A stretch of DNA of 64,000 bases from Vicugna vicugna (taxonomy: Eukaryota): contig MU058463.1 of assembly GCA_013265495.1 (NCBI GenBank), forward strand, positions 4,362,244 through 4,426,243, read 5' to 3'. The notes under the pieces were generated by a model, which saw only the letters and a list, made by a program, of their open reading frames with translations, was not told where the DNA came from and made no database searches. Shown piece by piece: positions 24,640 to 37,759 of the stretch (positions are counted from its first letter, which is position 1; every line of letters begins with the position of its first letter). The position numbers and the translations under genes were made by a program.

Positions 24640-27420
24640 GTTCACTCACCTATCCACCCATTCACTTAAAACATGTTTACTGAGCCTCTACTGTGTGCCA
24701 GGAATTATTCTAGATGCTGGGGATTCGGCAGTGAACTGACACACACCTCTGTCATCAGGGTGCTTGCATTCTAGTGAAGGGAGAGAATAACCCAGGTAGG
24801 TGATGTGTGTGGCACGGGAGGTGGTGATAATGGACTGAGGAAGAGAACAAAGCAGGAGAGGTTGGGGTGGTGGTGGGGCCTAGGAAACCCTCATCAGAGG
24901 GATGTTTGAAGGAAGATCTGCGGAGCTGGGGAATGAGGTATGTGGGAAGGACATTCCCGGCAGAGGAATGGAGTCAACAAGAGTTTAGGGCAGGGCGAGG
25001 GGCCTGTGGTCAAAGCTGCAGAGGAGGAGTGAGTGAGGGGGAGAGTAACTGGGAGTCAAGTCAGAGCATCGGCACATTATCTGGTCGTGGTAAGAAATTT
25101 GGTTCTTCTCAGGGTGGTGTGGGAAGCTACTGCAGGCTCTCAAGCAGAGGAGTAACCCAACCTGAATTTCGTTTTACCAGGTTTGTTCTGGCTGCTGGAT
25201 TGAAAGACAGAAAGCTAGGGAACAAACAGCAAGTGGAGATGGGCAGTTATGGCCCTATTAAAGTGATCCAGGGAGAGAGGCTGTTAAGGGATCAGGGTGC
25301 TGGCCTGGTGGAGAAGTGGCTGGATTCTGGGAACATCCTGGAAGGTAAAATACAGTCACTCTGGAAAAATAGTTCGGCAGTTTCTGAAACAAAGCAAAAA
25401 CAACAAACAAACAAACACACATAAAACCCTAAACATTTATTTATCATATAACTCAGCAATTGTACTCTGGGGCAGTTATCTCAGAGAAATAAATACTTAA
25501 GTTCACACAAAAACCTGTACAGGATTATTCATATCAGCTTTATTTGTAATAGTGAAAAAAAGAATCACAAGCAATCAAAATGTCCTTGCATAAGTAAACT
25601 GTGGAATACCCACACCACAAAATACTACTTGGCAATGAAAAAGGAACAAATTATTGATACACGCTGCAACTTCTAGGGACCTGAAGGAAATCACACTGAG
25701 TGGGAAAAAAAGCCTGCTTCCAAGGGTCATTTTCTATATGGTTCCATTTATATGACATTTTTAAAATGCCAAAAATCAAAGAGATGGGAAACAGATTAGT
25801 GATTTGTCGAGGTTAAGGAAGAGGGGAGGGAGAGATTATAAAAAGGGGTAGCACGAGGAAGTTCTTTGGTAATGGAATCGTTCTGTCTCTTGATTGCAGT
25901 GGTGGTTACAGAAAGTTACACGTATGATTAAATGACAGGGAGCAGTATATACACATCAATGCCATTTTCCTGATTTTGGTAACGTGCTGTAGTTATGTAA
26001 GACGTAACATCGATGGAAACTGGGTAAAGAATACATGGGATCTCTGTGCTATCTTTGCAACTTCCTGTGAATCTGTAATCATTTCAAAAAGATAAAACAA
26101 TTATGCCATACTATTAGCTGACGTGGGATTAAGGCAGAAGCTTCAGGGAAGGAAGGGAATGAGGAGGGCTCTGAGGCTCAGGCAGGGTTGTGGCTCTTTC
26201 ACGGGGTCTCCTGCATTCTTTGGCACTCTTGACAGCATTTGTGGTTCCGTTTGAATTTCTGTACTTGTGTGAGGCTTAGAGCTTTCTAATAATAATAGAA
26301 GATGCTGATCAAGGCAGGAAATGAATGAAGTGAACAGAATTTGCTGGCAGAACTGATGGAGGGTAAGAGAAAGGGGAGCCAAAGATGAGTCTGGGAGTTT
26401 GGGCTGAAACAATGGAAAGAATGGAGTTGCAATTAACGTCAAAGGAGCTAATTTGGGGGTAAATATCAAGAGTTCAGGTTTAGATACGACAAGGTTAAGA
26501 TGCCTATTTTAATCTTTGGAAATCATCAGCATGAAAATGCTATTTCAAGCTATAAATCTAGATAAGATTACCCAGGGAGTGAGTATAGACAGACAATTCA
26601 GGGCTGAGCTTTGATACTCCAACATTTAGGGATTTAAGAGATAAAAGGAACCAGAAACGAAATCAAGGTGGAGTGTCCAGGCAGGTCGGAGAAATACTAG
26701 GAGAGTGAGCTGTCCTCAAAGCCAGAGAGGGAGGCGACAGGAAAAGGTAGTTGTCACCTGTCTCAAATGCTGTTGAAATGTCAGTGAGATGGAGACAGAG
26801 ATTGGACCAGAGCTTTAGCAATGTGGAGGGTGCTGCGAACCTTGATGGAGTTTTGAGGGCAAAAGGATGACCAGAAAGGATTCAGGTTATAACAGAAAGC
26901 ATTAAGTTAAAAACACATCTCATGACAGTTCCTGGGGAACCTTGCTGTAAAGGGAAGGAGAAAATGTGGAAGTAACTGGGGAGAGGGTTGTTTTTTTCCC
27001 CTTTTGTAAGCTGAGTGGGAGTGAGCGTGTTGTATCCTGATGGTTGTACCTGGTATAAGAAGGAAACACTGATGCTGCATGAGATTGGAGCAAACAGCTG
27101 AAGAAATGTCCTAGAAGGGGCGAGAAGGGTTGGGACCCAGTGCTCAGGGGCAAGTGTTAGCTTTTTCTAGGAGAGGAGGCGAGTCCCAGGGTGCAGGTGT
27201 GGATGGGGGGGGAACGTGTGTGGAGGTGCCAGCTCATGGGAGTTCCCTTTGGGTGGATTCTATCTTTCCAGTGAAAGAGTCAGCAAGGTCACAGTAGCTG
27301 AGGGTGAGAAGGAGGAGGTGGGACTGGAGATTCGGGGAGAAATGAGGACGTGGGAGAGCAAGAAGAAGGAATGCACCAGGGGCGCTTTGTGTGCTTCTTG
27401 GGCGGCCCACGTGAGTGAGT
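24640..27420 (-). mobile_element. Long L2 element split by an L1 insertion
   Basis: L2 3' end (catgtttactgagcctctactgtgtgccagg) at about 24670; sequence resumes at about 26330. Confidence 0.8.
25330..26100 (+). mobile_element. L1MB/MC 3' fragment
   Basis: cagtcactctggaaaaatagttcggcagtttct...gttcacacaaaaacctgtac...tttgcaacttcctgtgaatct. Confidence 0.85.
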
Positions 27421-27483
27421 GACCCCGAGCGTGGAGCTGTGGTTCAAGTGCAGCTTGGTTCAGCCGCAGCACATGTGTCGTAC

Positions 27484-27636
27484 GCAGTGAGGCCTCTCTA
27501 CTGTTAGTTCGGTCTGTCTGTCATTGCAAAAACTGTGCTTCCTCTTTAGTCAATGATTCCACAATTTGTGCAATCCTCGTGACCTCAAGTCTCTCTTAAC
27601 CTTTGAGTTGAGAGGTTAATTTTGAAATCGTAGATT
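27484..27636 (-). pseudogene. Candidate 153-nt exon remnant (NLRFQN*PLNSKVKRDLRSRGLHKLWNH*LKRK...)
   Basis: Long pyrimidine tract ending in CAA; donor gtacga; two stops 22 codons apart at expected Trp positions. Confidence 0.5.
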
Positions 27637-27819
27637 TTGGAAGAAAGAAAAAAGAAGAGGGGGATGTCTCATGAGAGGAGGTGTGGGAATCAGAGTCAGG
27701 AGGACAGAAAAGAGCACTGCTGCTTATTTCATCAGTTAAGAAGCGTGTGAAAATGTTTTAAGTCACTGACACACAAAGACAGCTGGGCCTAATGGCATAG
27801 CTGGGATAGCTTTACTTGT

Positions 27820-28260
27820 GTTGCATTCATTCAAGTAAGTACTTATTGAGAATCAAGTGTTGGAACCAACCAGGCACTATGCTGTGCCCCAGGGACGTGA
27901 GAGCAGATGGTCACTGACCTTGAAGGGCTCTAGGTACAATGGGAGCAGAAGTGTAGAAAGTGTGGTGAATGCAAGGATGCAAAGATAGAAATACACATTT
28001 GGGAACCAGGAAGGGAGGCTTGTGGATCCCATCTGGCAGTGGGTGAGAGTGATTCAGAAAGATGCTGAGCTCAGGAGGCTGGGATTGAGATTTATAGAAG
28101 GAGGGAGGGATAGCCAGGTGACAGGGTGGAAAGGGGAAAGAAAGCCATTTCCTGCGGTGACAGAGCAAAGGTGAAAGAGTAGGAGGGAAGAGAAGCAGGG
28201 AAATAAGGGCTCCAAGGGAGAGTCTTCAGGGCTAGATGGAAAGGACGAGAACACGGGGGA
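27820..28260 (-). mobile_element. L2 3' fragment
   Basis: cattcattcaagtaagtacttattgag...ccaggcactatgct. Confidence 0.65.
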
Positions 28261-28967
28261 AGAACAGAGAGGAGTCGGAGAACGGCTTTGACCTGGGGAA
28301 CCTGTATTTTATTGCTAAAGCCCTGTTAGTTCTGTATCTTCTTGCAAGCCTGGCTGGGACCTAGGAGAGGAAGAGGAAGTGACCAATAAGGAAATAAGGA
28401 GGGGGCGGGAAGAAGGCAGCTTACTGGTGGGTGCGGCTGGGATAGTCCCCAGTGATTGAGGCCCCAGTGTGGAGCCGGCCTTTCCCTCTCTCCCAGCCTG
28501 GATCAGAGTTTGTGCCACTTGTCAGTAAGCCAGGGGGTCACGGAAGAGCCCTAGACCGGACATCAGGAGACCTGGGTCCTTGTCTCTGTGGTGAACTCAC
28601 CGGGCAAGTCATTTACTTCTGGGCCCTGCTTTCCTCATCTGTTAAACCAGGTGGTTGGGTCTGAAGCACAGCTGAGTCATCCCTGGAGAATGTTCCCCAG
28701 ACCATTCAACCTTAGTGACTTCAGGGATATCCTATTTCATTCCCCATTAAACTCCACAGTGCTACGCCTCTTTCATGCTGGTGAACTATTCTAATTCAGG
28801 CAGCTGGCAGGGCATCTGTGACTTCTCTTCATTTGTCCTCTTATTCTCCTGTTATTTAGTGTTACTGGTTGCCATAAAAGAAGATTTAGTACTTCCACGG
28901 AGAGGATGATAGACTGTCAACCCTGTGGGTGGATGTTCTGAGAAGAGTGAGGAATGTGTGTAATAGA

Positions 28968-29174
28968 GATGAAGATGGGGTGATGATGGTGAAGATGATG
29001 ATGAAGATGTGTGATGATGATGAAGATGGGGATGATGGTGATGATGAAGATGGGGTTGATGATGAAGAAGGGGATGATGATGAAGAAGGGGATGATGATG
29101 GTGAAGATGGGGATGATGGTGGTGATGGGCAAGATGGGGATGATGGTGAAGGTGGGGATGGTGATGATGGTGAT
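28968..29174. repeat. Compound (GAT)n-derived tandem repeat, unit of about 18 nt (gatgatgatgaagatggg)
   Basis: Seen directly in the sequence; abuts the tail of a minus-strand MIR. Confidence 0.9.
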
Positions 29175-29350
29175 TCTAATAGCTAATGTTTATTGATCAC
29201 CTATTTTTAACATAGCATTATCATATTTAATATTCACAACAAATCTTTCATGTAAACATTTCCATTATCTGCATTTAAAAGATGAGGAAATTGAGGTGCA
29301 CAAAGGTAAAGTAACTATCTCAAAGTCATATGGCATTTGAACCCATGTAT
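29175..29350 (-). mobile_element. MIR
   Basis: agctaatgtttattga...gatgaggaaattgaggtgcacaaaggtaaagtaact. Confidence 0.8.
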
Positions 29351-29569
29351 TATGACCATGGCTTACATTGCAGCATCACAGGAGGCTGCCTCAATGTATG
29401 GGAATGGTGGCTCCGTGTGGAGATCCAGAGCACCATTGGAGGGTGTGAGTAACAGAGGGAAAAGGGAAGGAAGGGTGAGGGTTGGGGAGTACATCATTCT
29501 TGCAAGTCCACGGCAGGCTTCCAGATACTGAATGCTGCCAGGAGTTACACTTTCTGTTAGTTGACTTAC

Positions 29570-29612
29570 ATTTTTCTAAGGGTTACTATGCATTGCAAGA
29601 TGAAAAATATAG
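29570..29612 (-). pseudogene. Candidate 43-nt exon remnant
   Basis: Strong acceptor tctttctcttgctgttacag; donor gtaagt; converts phase 2 to phase 0 as its neighbours require. Confidence 0.55.
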
Positions 29613-29926
29613 CTGTAACAGCAAGAGAAAGACTTTCCAGGGGAATCAAGCGTTGCAGCTCAGTTAAAATGGCGGAGGGGAAGGTTGGAACAGCACCTCT
29701 TCCCTCACCTTCCTCCCCAGCTCTGGAGGCCACCCCCTGGTGACTTCAGCCTCCTCTAGCCAAACAGGGCTCATATACCAGGGATTTGACTCTGGCTCAA
29801 ATGACCTACTATAAAACAGGAATGCAAATTTCCTGTTTGTTATACGGAAATTTTCTTTGTATGCCAAATTTACCACAAAACCACATAGCACATAGCACCA
29901 GGGCTATTGTAAGTGTTCGGTTTTAC

Positions 29927-30084
29927 CAGAGACTAACTGCAACTTGAATGATGGAGAACTTTCTCATTCGTCAGAAATCAAAGCCTGCTCTATTCAACAA
30001 GAAATCTTTAATAATTTTCTGGTCGTTTTCTGTAGCAGGCTGTGAACCATTTCTGGAAATAATTATTCCTTGGTTGCAAAAGTC
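29927..30084 (-). pseudogene. Candidate 158-nt exon remnant (NYFQKWFTACYRKR / KDFLLNRAGFDF*RMRK)
   Basis: Acceptor cctcttttgtag; donor CTG|gtaaaa; two clear SFI1-like motifs separated by a frameshift. Confidence 0.6.
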
Positions 30085-30788
30085 CTACAAAAGAGGTCAA
30101 CTGGTGAAGGAAAGAAATGACACATTTCCAAAAATCTGCTTTCCTCTTTCAAATACTTTTCTGGCCACTTCTTTTTCCTGTTGCGTAATCAGGCAACTCT
30201 CGGTGTGATGAGGCAAGCCTGCACCCTCTTCCTATGGATTTTTGGCGGTTGGTCTTTTTGACATTTGGGGGCTGAAAGGGTCCCAGTGGGTGGTCTCTGC
30301 CAGGCACTTAGTGCACTGTTGATGCTCAGTAGATGTTAATTATCAGTGATGGTAACAAGGCTGACAAGATCCCCTGTTCCCACTGTTCAGCTTCCCTCTT
30401 AGGTGGGGGAACAGACCAGTGTGAAGCAGAAATATTGGTGGCCACTTCCTCCTTTAATGCAAGGCTCTGTGGGCCCTGGCTGCCGCCGTCCATTACTATT
30501 TGAATAACCTATTGTCCTAAGAATAAAGGAACTAATTTCCTTTCTGCAGTGCTACTAGGGTCAGCAGTAACTCATTTTAGGATGCTACAGTTGCTTGCAA
30601 TTATCTTGCTAGAGAATGAAGAAGTATTTGGAAAAATCCACTCCCTGGTGGTGATGCTGCTGCTCTTATTTTGTTTTTCATTATGCTGAGTAACATTCCT
30701 CTCCCTTGGCCTCCAGAACTCTTTACAAAGTCTCCGTGCATAAGAGTGATGCCAACTGCAGGGAGATGAGTGCTCTCCACACCTTCAC

Positions 30789-30912
30789 CTTGTCTTGTTT
30801 CTGGTGCTCTTGGCCTCCTGACTTAACTCTGTGTCTTCGGGGATCCATTTCATGAGGCCTCGGAGTCTGGGATGTATCTTCTCCTATCTGGGTTTTCTCG
30901 CAGCCATGATTT
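30789..30912 (-). pseudogene. Candidate exon remnant (RLRGLMKWI ... QEHQKQDK)
   Basis: Donor AAG|gtgaag; acceptor uncertain. Confidence 0.4.
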
Positions 30913-31470
30913 CTGTTACCCAAAATAGTAGAGAATGGGTTCATTTCTAAAGTTAAGAGTAAGCTTGGAGATGAAATCAACACATTTCTCGACATGTATA
31001 AATGTTGATATACTAAAAATGCCCAATTTTTAAGTAAAGTGATGCCAATCTAGGGAGCTTTGAGTAATTTAAGAATAAACATTTAAGAATGGTTTCTTTG
31101 GATGTTCAAGAGACACAATCTGAAAGTATGTGACGGGTGGATTTTGTGACTTTATCAATTGTTCAGTTCAGTTCTTTTGGTGGGTTGAGGGGGTTCAGTT
31201 ATAATCTGTGCAAGGGTGTAGGGAATGAGAACCCCACATTGTGTGTTCAGACAGGGTGTTGTGGTCTGGAGAGGAAAGACCTGCCCCTGGAATCTGGGAT
31301 GGCTAAGAAGTCTTTGGGGCTTTGGGATCCTTCACTGATGTTTGGGATTAGACCATGGTGGGGGGTGACTTTATACTTATGGAGGATGGATCAGCTCCCA
31401 GACTAAGTGGCCTGGAGAAGAGGGGATAGTGCTTGGAGCATCCTGGCTAGAGAGCAGGCTTCTTGGAACT

Positions 31471-31882
31471 TGTAGTAGTTAATTTTATGTGTCAGTACGG
31501 CTGTTATGGTGCCAAGTTGTTTGGTCAAACATGAGTCTACATATTGCTGTGAAGGTATTTTTCAGATGTGATTAACACTTAAAATCAGTAGACTTTGAAT
31601 AAAACAGATGACCCTCCATAATGTGGGTGGGCCTTGCCCAATCAGTTGAAGGCCTTCAGAGAAAAGACTAAGGTCCCTTGAAGAGGAAGGAATTCTGCTT
31701 CTAGTCTGCCTTTGGACTCAAAACTGCGACACTGACTCAGCTGGAATTTCCAGCCAGCTCGTCTGCCCTGCATAATTTGGACTTGCCAGCCCCTACAATC
31801 ACTTGAACCAATCCCTTAAAATTAATTAATCTATGTATATACATCCTATTGGTTCTGTTTTTCAGAGAGCCTGACTCATTCA
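31471..31882 (+). mobile_element. ERVL solo LTR (MLT2-like)
   Basis: tgtagtagttaattttatgtgtca start; ctccataatgtgggtgggcc; cctattggttctgttt end. Confidence 0.9.
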
Positions 31883-33075
31883 GAAGCTGGTTGGATCCTG
31901 GGTTGAGACTTTGGTGTGTGTTCTTGGGACTCCTGGAGGAAATTGCACCTGGAGCTGTAGGCAACCATGGGGACTCCAAGTGTGACTGTCCTTCCAAGCT
32001 GGCTTCAAATCCCTAGTTCGCTCAGGCTGCCCTGTGGTTCAGACTTCAGTGTCAGCAGATTGAGGTAGCTCACTTGCCTTTGGCTGCCAAGTCTCATGGG
32101 TGACTGATGGGTTATTTATATTTGCAGACTGGAATTTAGTTGGCCTATTCTAAGTATATGACAATGTCTCTGCACCTCTGTTTCCTGTCTCTAAAGAATT
32201 AATGACTGTCCTGACAAAGATGGAGAGCCTGTTTGGGAGGGAAGATGGAGCAGGAAAAACAGAACATTTCGAGCTCCAAAGGTGTCGTGTACTTTGGCAG
32301 GGGGGACAGAAAGGGATTGGGGATGTTGCTGAAGATGGAAAACATGAGTTGTATTAAGTTAACCAATTAAATTAGGGCAAAGAGAGGCCAATGAGGAGAG
32401 AGACAAGGACTGCAAGTCTCAAGAACTGGGGCCAGGCTGGAGGCAGGCGGCGGGCTGTGGGCGGTGGAGGGGGCTTCAAGTTATGAGGTGGGCGGTAGGC
32501 ACAGAGGTCAAATGAAGGCTGGCTCCACTCCGCACTGGTTATCCACCACGTGTACTAGAGGATGCCCTGCGGCCTGCAGAGCCACAACAGGTGACTGAAG
32601 TTTATATAAATGCAATTGAATCCTGTTCATTTTCTCCTCAGGAGCTGTTTCCTCTTTACTTTTTTACAGGTTTTCGTTTAGTTGACTTGCTTGCTGGTCT
32701 TTAGGTTTTGGCAGAAGTTTCACCTGACAACAACCTCCATAAATGCAGATCTAGGCAGATAATTTGGAGGTGCTGGGGTATGTGTGTGTGTCACCTGCTT
32801 CTAAAGCCTCATAAACCAGGGCTGGAAAGTGAACTGCCCATACACATGGCAGATTTACCACCGGCACCACCAGAAATTGACGTCATGGCTTCTACTCAGT
32901 TGAATGCAATTACTACCTTACTCTAGATGGACATTGCAGTGTTATTTTAAAAATTAGAGTGATTCTTGTTTGTCCATCCAATATTTTTATGATATGTAAA
33001 TGAGGGTCACTCCAGGTCATTCTTATTATATTTACATAATTTTGAGCCTAGCTTTCTTTATAAGAGCAAAGTTAC

Positions 33076-33450
33076 TGGATTATACCAAAGCTATCATCAA
33101 TGGCATATAAAGGAAGGGATGGTGGGCCATCTGGGAAGTTTTTGTGGGGCCAGAAAAGATGCTGGGAAAGATAAAGCCATCTGCTCAAGTCTATCTGAAA
33201 GGATGGTGTTAGGGAGCTGCCAGTGTTGACTGGTGTGGAGTCTTTGCTCTCGTGGGAGAGACACGCGGGGGCTGAGTAACTGGTGATGGGAGGATGACAC
33301 ATGATGTGGTCTCTGTTGCTTCATGAGAAAAGCAGATGCAGATGTGACAAGCCCAGCTGATCTATCAGACAACGTGTCATCCAGTTATTTTGTCATTTTT
33401 GCCTGAGCTGTTGGATGTATATGAAATTTTCTGGGGTCTGGATTATAAAT
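33076..33450 (-). pseudogene. Candidate large exon remnant
   Basis: ENFIYIQQLRQK*QNNWMTR, HLLFS*SNR, RLHTSQHWQL, MALSFPASFLAPQKLPRW; overlaps ORF 33097..33372. Confidence 0.45.
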
Positions 33451-33764
33451 CTAACTACACACTAGTCATTCTTGTGCCAGTTAATGAGAGACTAGGGATG
33501 TCCCGACTTTTACCCGGAAGTCACGGGGCAACTCAGTCAATGGAAAGAGAGACCTGGAATCGCCGTGAAAGGGCAGGCACACCAAGGAGCCCTGCTGTGG
33601 CCCATCAGCCCAGCTTTGGGCTTGATCTGGACATCAGATTAGTTCATGTGGTTATTGGTTGGCCCCAGGACTCATCAAGTTTCCATTCTGTTAGGTTACT
33701 TGGAGCCAATGGCAAATTTATTATGCAAAGTTCCAGAACCCCCTGCTCTTCAGGTATTAATTCT

Positions 33765-34265
33765 GTATTGGTTAGGATTACATCTGGCTGCATACAACAG
33801 AGAACCTAAAGTTGTTTAAACACATATGGTATTTTCCCTCATGTACAAAGTGAAGAGGGAATCGGTCCAAGCCTGGTGTGATATATTCTGGAGTTCTCAG
33901 GGGTCCGGGCCCCTTCCTGCTCTCTGTCCTACAGTTCCTGAGGTACATACAGCCTTTATTCACATGGTCCCAAATAGCTCTCACTGCTTTGGCCATCACA
34001 TCTATGTTTTAGGCAGTGGGATGGAGGATGTGTAAAGAAGGCTCTGTTCCTTCCCTCTAGGACATCTCTCAAAAGTCAGACACAACACCTGATGGGTTAC
34101 CCAGTGTCCAGAACTTGATCACCTGAGCATGCTGAGCTGCAAGGGAGCTGGAAGATACACACTTTATTCCTGGTGGCCAGGGTCCCAGCTAAACGTCAGT
34201 GCTCGGTGACTAAGGAAGTAGAGGAGAAGGGATATTTTAGACATCTAGCAGTCCCTTCTGCCACA
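33765..34265 (-). mobile_element. Old MaLR LTR (MLT1I/J/K-like)
   Basis: tgtattggttagga...ggctgcatacaacaga...agctgcaagggagctgg...ctgccaca. Confidence 0.75.
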
Positions 34266-34315
34266 TGTTGCTTGATAGTGTTTAAATTTACATATTTTTA
34301 AAATGCAAGAATTAT

Positions 34316-35133
34316 TGAAAGCAGAGAAAAGGAAACCCTTGTGCACTGTTGGAATGTAAATTGGTGCAGCCACTATGGAAAACAGCATGGAGGCCCCTCA
34401 AATAATTCAAAATAGAGCTACCATTTGATCCAGCCATCCTACTTCTGGGAATATATCTGAAGGAAAGAAAATCACTGTCTTGAAAAGACATCTGTATCCC
34501 CATGTTCACTGCAGCATTATTCGCCAACCTATTGTAAATAGGTTTCCAACCAATGGAAGGAACCTAAATGTCCATTGACAGACGAATGGATAAAGAAGTT
34601 GTAGTATATGAATATATATACAATGGAATATTATTCAGCCATAAAGGAAGGAAACTATAATTTATGGCAACATGGATGAACCTGAGGGCATTATGCTAAG
34701 TGAAATAAGTCAGACAGAGAAAGACAGATACTGTATGATCTCACTTATATGTGGAATCTAAAAAAAACCCTAAACTCATGAAAACAGAGAACAGATTGGG
34801 GATTGCCAGAGGTATGGGGTAGTTAGGGGTTGGAGGAAATGGGTAAAGGTCAAAAGGTACAAACTTCCAGTTACAAGAGGAATAAATCCTTGAGAAGTAA
34901 TATACTGCCTGGTGAGTATAGTTAACAATACTGTATTGTATATTTGATAGTTGCTAAGAGGAAATCTTAAAAGTTCTCATCATAAGAAAAAAAAATTTGT
35001 GACTGTGTGAGGTATGGGTGTTACCTAAACTTATTGTGGTGGTCATTTTGCAGTATAAACATACAGCAAATCATTGTGATGGATACCTTAAACTAATACA
35101 CTGTTATACATCAATTATATCTCAATAAAACTG
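34316..35133 (+). mobile_element. L1MA-like 3' end (end of ORF2 and 3'UTR)
   Basis: gaatgtaaattggtgcagccactatggaaaacag...tcaattatatctcaataaa. Confidence 0.92.
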
Positions 35134-35269
35134 TGGAGGTGGGAGGAAGAAATGAGGCGTGGATAAGAAAGGAACTATTTAGTGTCTACCCTGTACCAGG
35201 ATGGGGTCAGGTCCCATGGGGAAATTAAATATGACTAAAATAGGTCAGAGAAATGCAGATGCTGTAGGT

Positions 35270-35620
35270 CCTGAGGCACAGTGTTATTTTATGTACCATT
35301 AGGGAAGAAAATCATTACTAGTTTTACTGTAATAAAATTTACATTGTCAGATACCCCAATGATTTCAGAGATGTTTAAATGTGAAAAAATATGCCTCTTA
35401 GAATTATTGTGATGAATTACTTCAGAGTGTGGATTCTGGTATCAGATTTTGGGAGTGGCTTATTTAATCGCTCTAAACCTCTGCACCTCCATCTGAAAAA
35501 TGAGCATAATAACAGTTTCTACCTCATAGTATTGTGAAAAGATTAAATGAGATAATTCACATGTAGCTCATAGTTCAATGGCAGACATATAAGAGGTGCT
35601 CATTAAATACTGGCTTTTAG
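35270..35620. mobile_element. MER104-like fragment followed by MIR
   Basis: gatttcagagatgtttaaatgtgaaaaaa; then ctacctcatagtattgtgaaaagattaaatgagataat. Confidence 0.65.
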
Positions 35621-35644
35621 TGGTTTTAATTAATTAATTTCAAT

Positions 35645-36270
35645 TTTTATTGATGTATTTATAATATTGTTACAATATTGTGTTAGTTTCAGGTGTACAG
35701 CAAAGTGATTCAGATATATATTCCAGATTATTTTCTATTATGGGTTATTACAAGGTATTGGATATAGTTCCCTGTGCTGTACAGTAAATCCTTGTTGCTT
35801 ATCTATTTTGTGTATAGTAGTTATTATCTGTTAATCCCATCTACTAACCTATTCCTCCCTACCTCCCTTTCCCCTTTGGTAACCATAAGTTTCTTTTCTA
35901 TGTCTGTGGGTTTGTTTCTATTTTGTACATAGATTCATTTGTATTGTTTTTTAAATTCCACATATAACTGATATCATATAATATTTATCTTTTTCTGTCT
36001 GACATATTTTACTAAATATAATATTCTCTAGGTCCATCCATGTTAGGGCCAATGGCAATAATTTATCCTTTTTTTGGCTGAGTAATATTCTATTGAATAC
36101 GTGTATCACATCTTCTTTATCCAGTCATCTGGTGATGGGCACTTGGGTTGTTTCCATGTCTTGGCTATCATAAGTAGTGCTGCTGTGAACACTGAGGTGC
36201 ATGTATCTTTTTGAACTACAGTTTTTATCTTTTCTGGATAAATATCTAGGAGTAGGATTACTGGATCATT
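35645..36270 (-). mobile_element. L1 3' end
   Basis: tgtgttagtttcaggtgtacagcaaagtgattcag...tctaggagtaggattactggatcat. Confidence 0.9.
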
Positions 36271-36755
36271 AAGTTTCTTCCCTCAAAACAGCTTAGTGGG
36301 AGACACGGCTAACATAAGAATGCCAACAAAATGAGAAGACAGCTGGGAAAATCCCTCAGCCTATGTGTTCCAAGTGGGAAAGTGGTATTTGGATGTGGGC
36401 TGCTTCTCCAACTACAAAGAGAGGCATGATCTGTTTAAAAGAGGTCAGTTGGAAGAGTCTTTTAAAAAATAGTTCTAGGACAGCTAATATGTGTGATAAA
36501 TATTATGTCTATTTAAGTGATCTTGAGAAATCACTTCTCAAGTGATTTCTTAGCAGTGGGGAGAAATATTAAGCATACAGACAATTCCATGACATTAGAT
36601 CTCAGTTCCCCTTATCTGCCTGGAATGGACCCATCTGGGAAGACTGCCTCCTGAATAGAATTTCAGTCACTGGAAAGATCTGAATGTGTCTGATGACATT
36701 AGAGGTTCCTCCCAATGGGAGACTTATAGAACATGTTCTTCTGGAAAGTTCTCAC

Positions 36756-36802
36756 ATTTTCACCAATGACTGGACCCATAAGATCCTTAGTAAAATTGTC
36801 CC
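36756..36802 (-). pseudogene. Candidate 47-nt exon remnant (GTILLRILWVQSLVK)
   Basis: Acceptor tttgcctctag; donor gtgaga. Confidence 0.4.
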
Positions 36803-37505
36803 CTAGAGGCAAATATCTCATGCAAAAAGAGAAACCCCCATTTGTTTTCAAGGAAATGTTGACAGTTGCAAAAGAATAGAATCATCTCCCCAGAAGAAAG
36901 CTGATTATAGTAGGTTTTATAGTTCTTTGAGGAAGAATTCTTCCCCAACACATTTTCTTTGCTCTGTTTGATTTAGAACAGAGTGCCTCTTTCAAGTGTG
37001 TTTATTCCTTTTGGGTAAGTGGTGCCTATGACGTTTATGGCCTAGAATAGTGTAACGTATCAATTATGTTTTAGAGAAACTAACCAACCTAAAGTTAGCC
37101 AAGTTATCTTGAGAATTTTTGGTTTCATAAGGCACCTCATATATTATGTAGTTCAGGTCTGAGACAAAAAAGTTGAAAATCCCAGATATTGTATATGTCT
37201 CAACATATTATTTTATTGTGTTCAGGGAAATTTAAAAAATGGATTAATCTTGCTTAATAACGTCTTTATTTCTAAGTTTTATATTACTTTAGGGTGGCCT
37301 TGGGGTTCCTTCATAATATTCATACAAAATATTTTCATTTGAACCTATGGAACTTGAATATTTCTTAGATTCCCACCAGCTATGGAAGTGCCCTGGTTGA
37401 GGTGACTTTCACTGTGGTAGTCCTTTCATTCTTTGGGTCAACAACCACTTCTAAGAGTGGTTGATTTGTTATGTCAGGCCCTGATTTGTCATGGCTTCTG
37501 TGTCA

Positions 37506-37759
37506 CTCAGGGAATCCTCCAGGAGACAGAGGAGGAGAAGCAGAAGCTTGCAGTCCTGGCCTCTCTGGTCCTACAGACGGGCTGCTGCCTCTCTGCTTGG
37601 CATGTACAACTTGCCCTTGACCTCTAATGACCTGGATAATTTATCCTCTGAGTAGCTATGGCCTGGAATTCTGCCTGCTGACCCAAGCTGTTCATCTCAC
37701 CCTTCGGTCAACAGAAAAATGTCCTCTCCTTCTACAGCCCAGCTCTCTGTTTCTTGGGT
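37506..37759 (-). pseudogene. Candidate exon remnant
   Basis: One frame reads RTFFC*PK...AEFQAIATQRINYPGH*RSR...SVSWR, with stops at Trp positions. Confidence 0.35.

Noticed and set aside
24867..25424. Longest ORF in the track (185 aa)
   Set aside because: Lies in antisense L2 and runs into an L1 fragment
28929..29196. Acidic and Met-rich ORFs
   Set aside because: Translation of the GAT-derived tandem repeat
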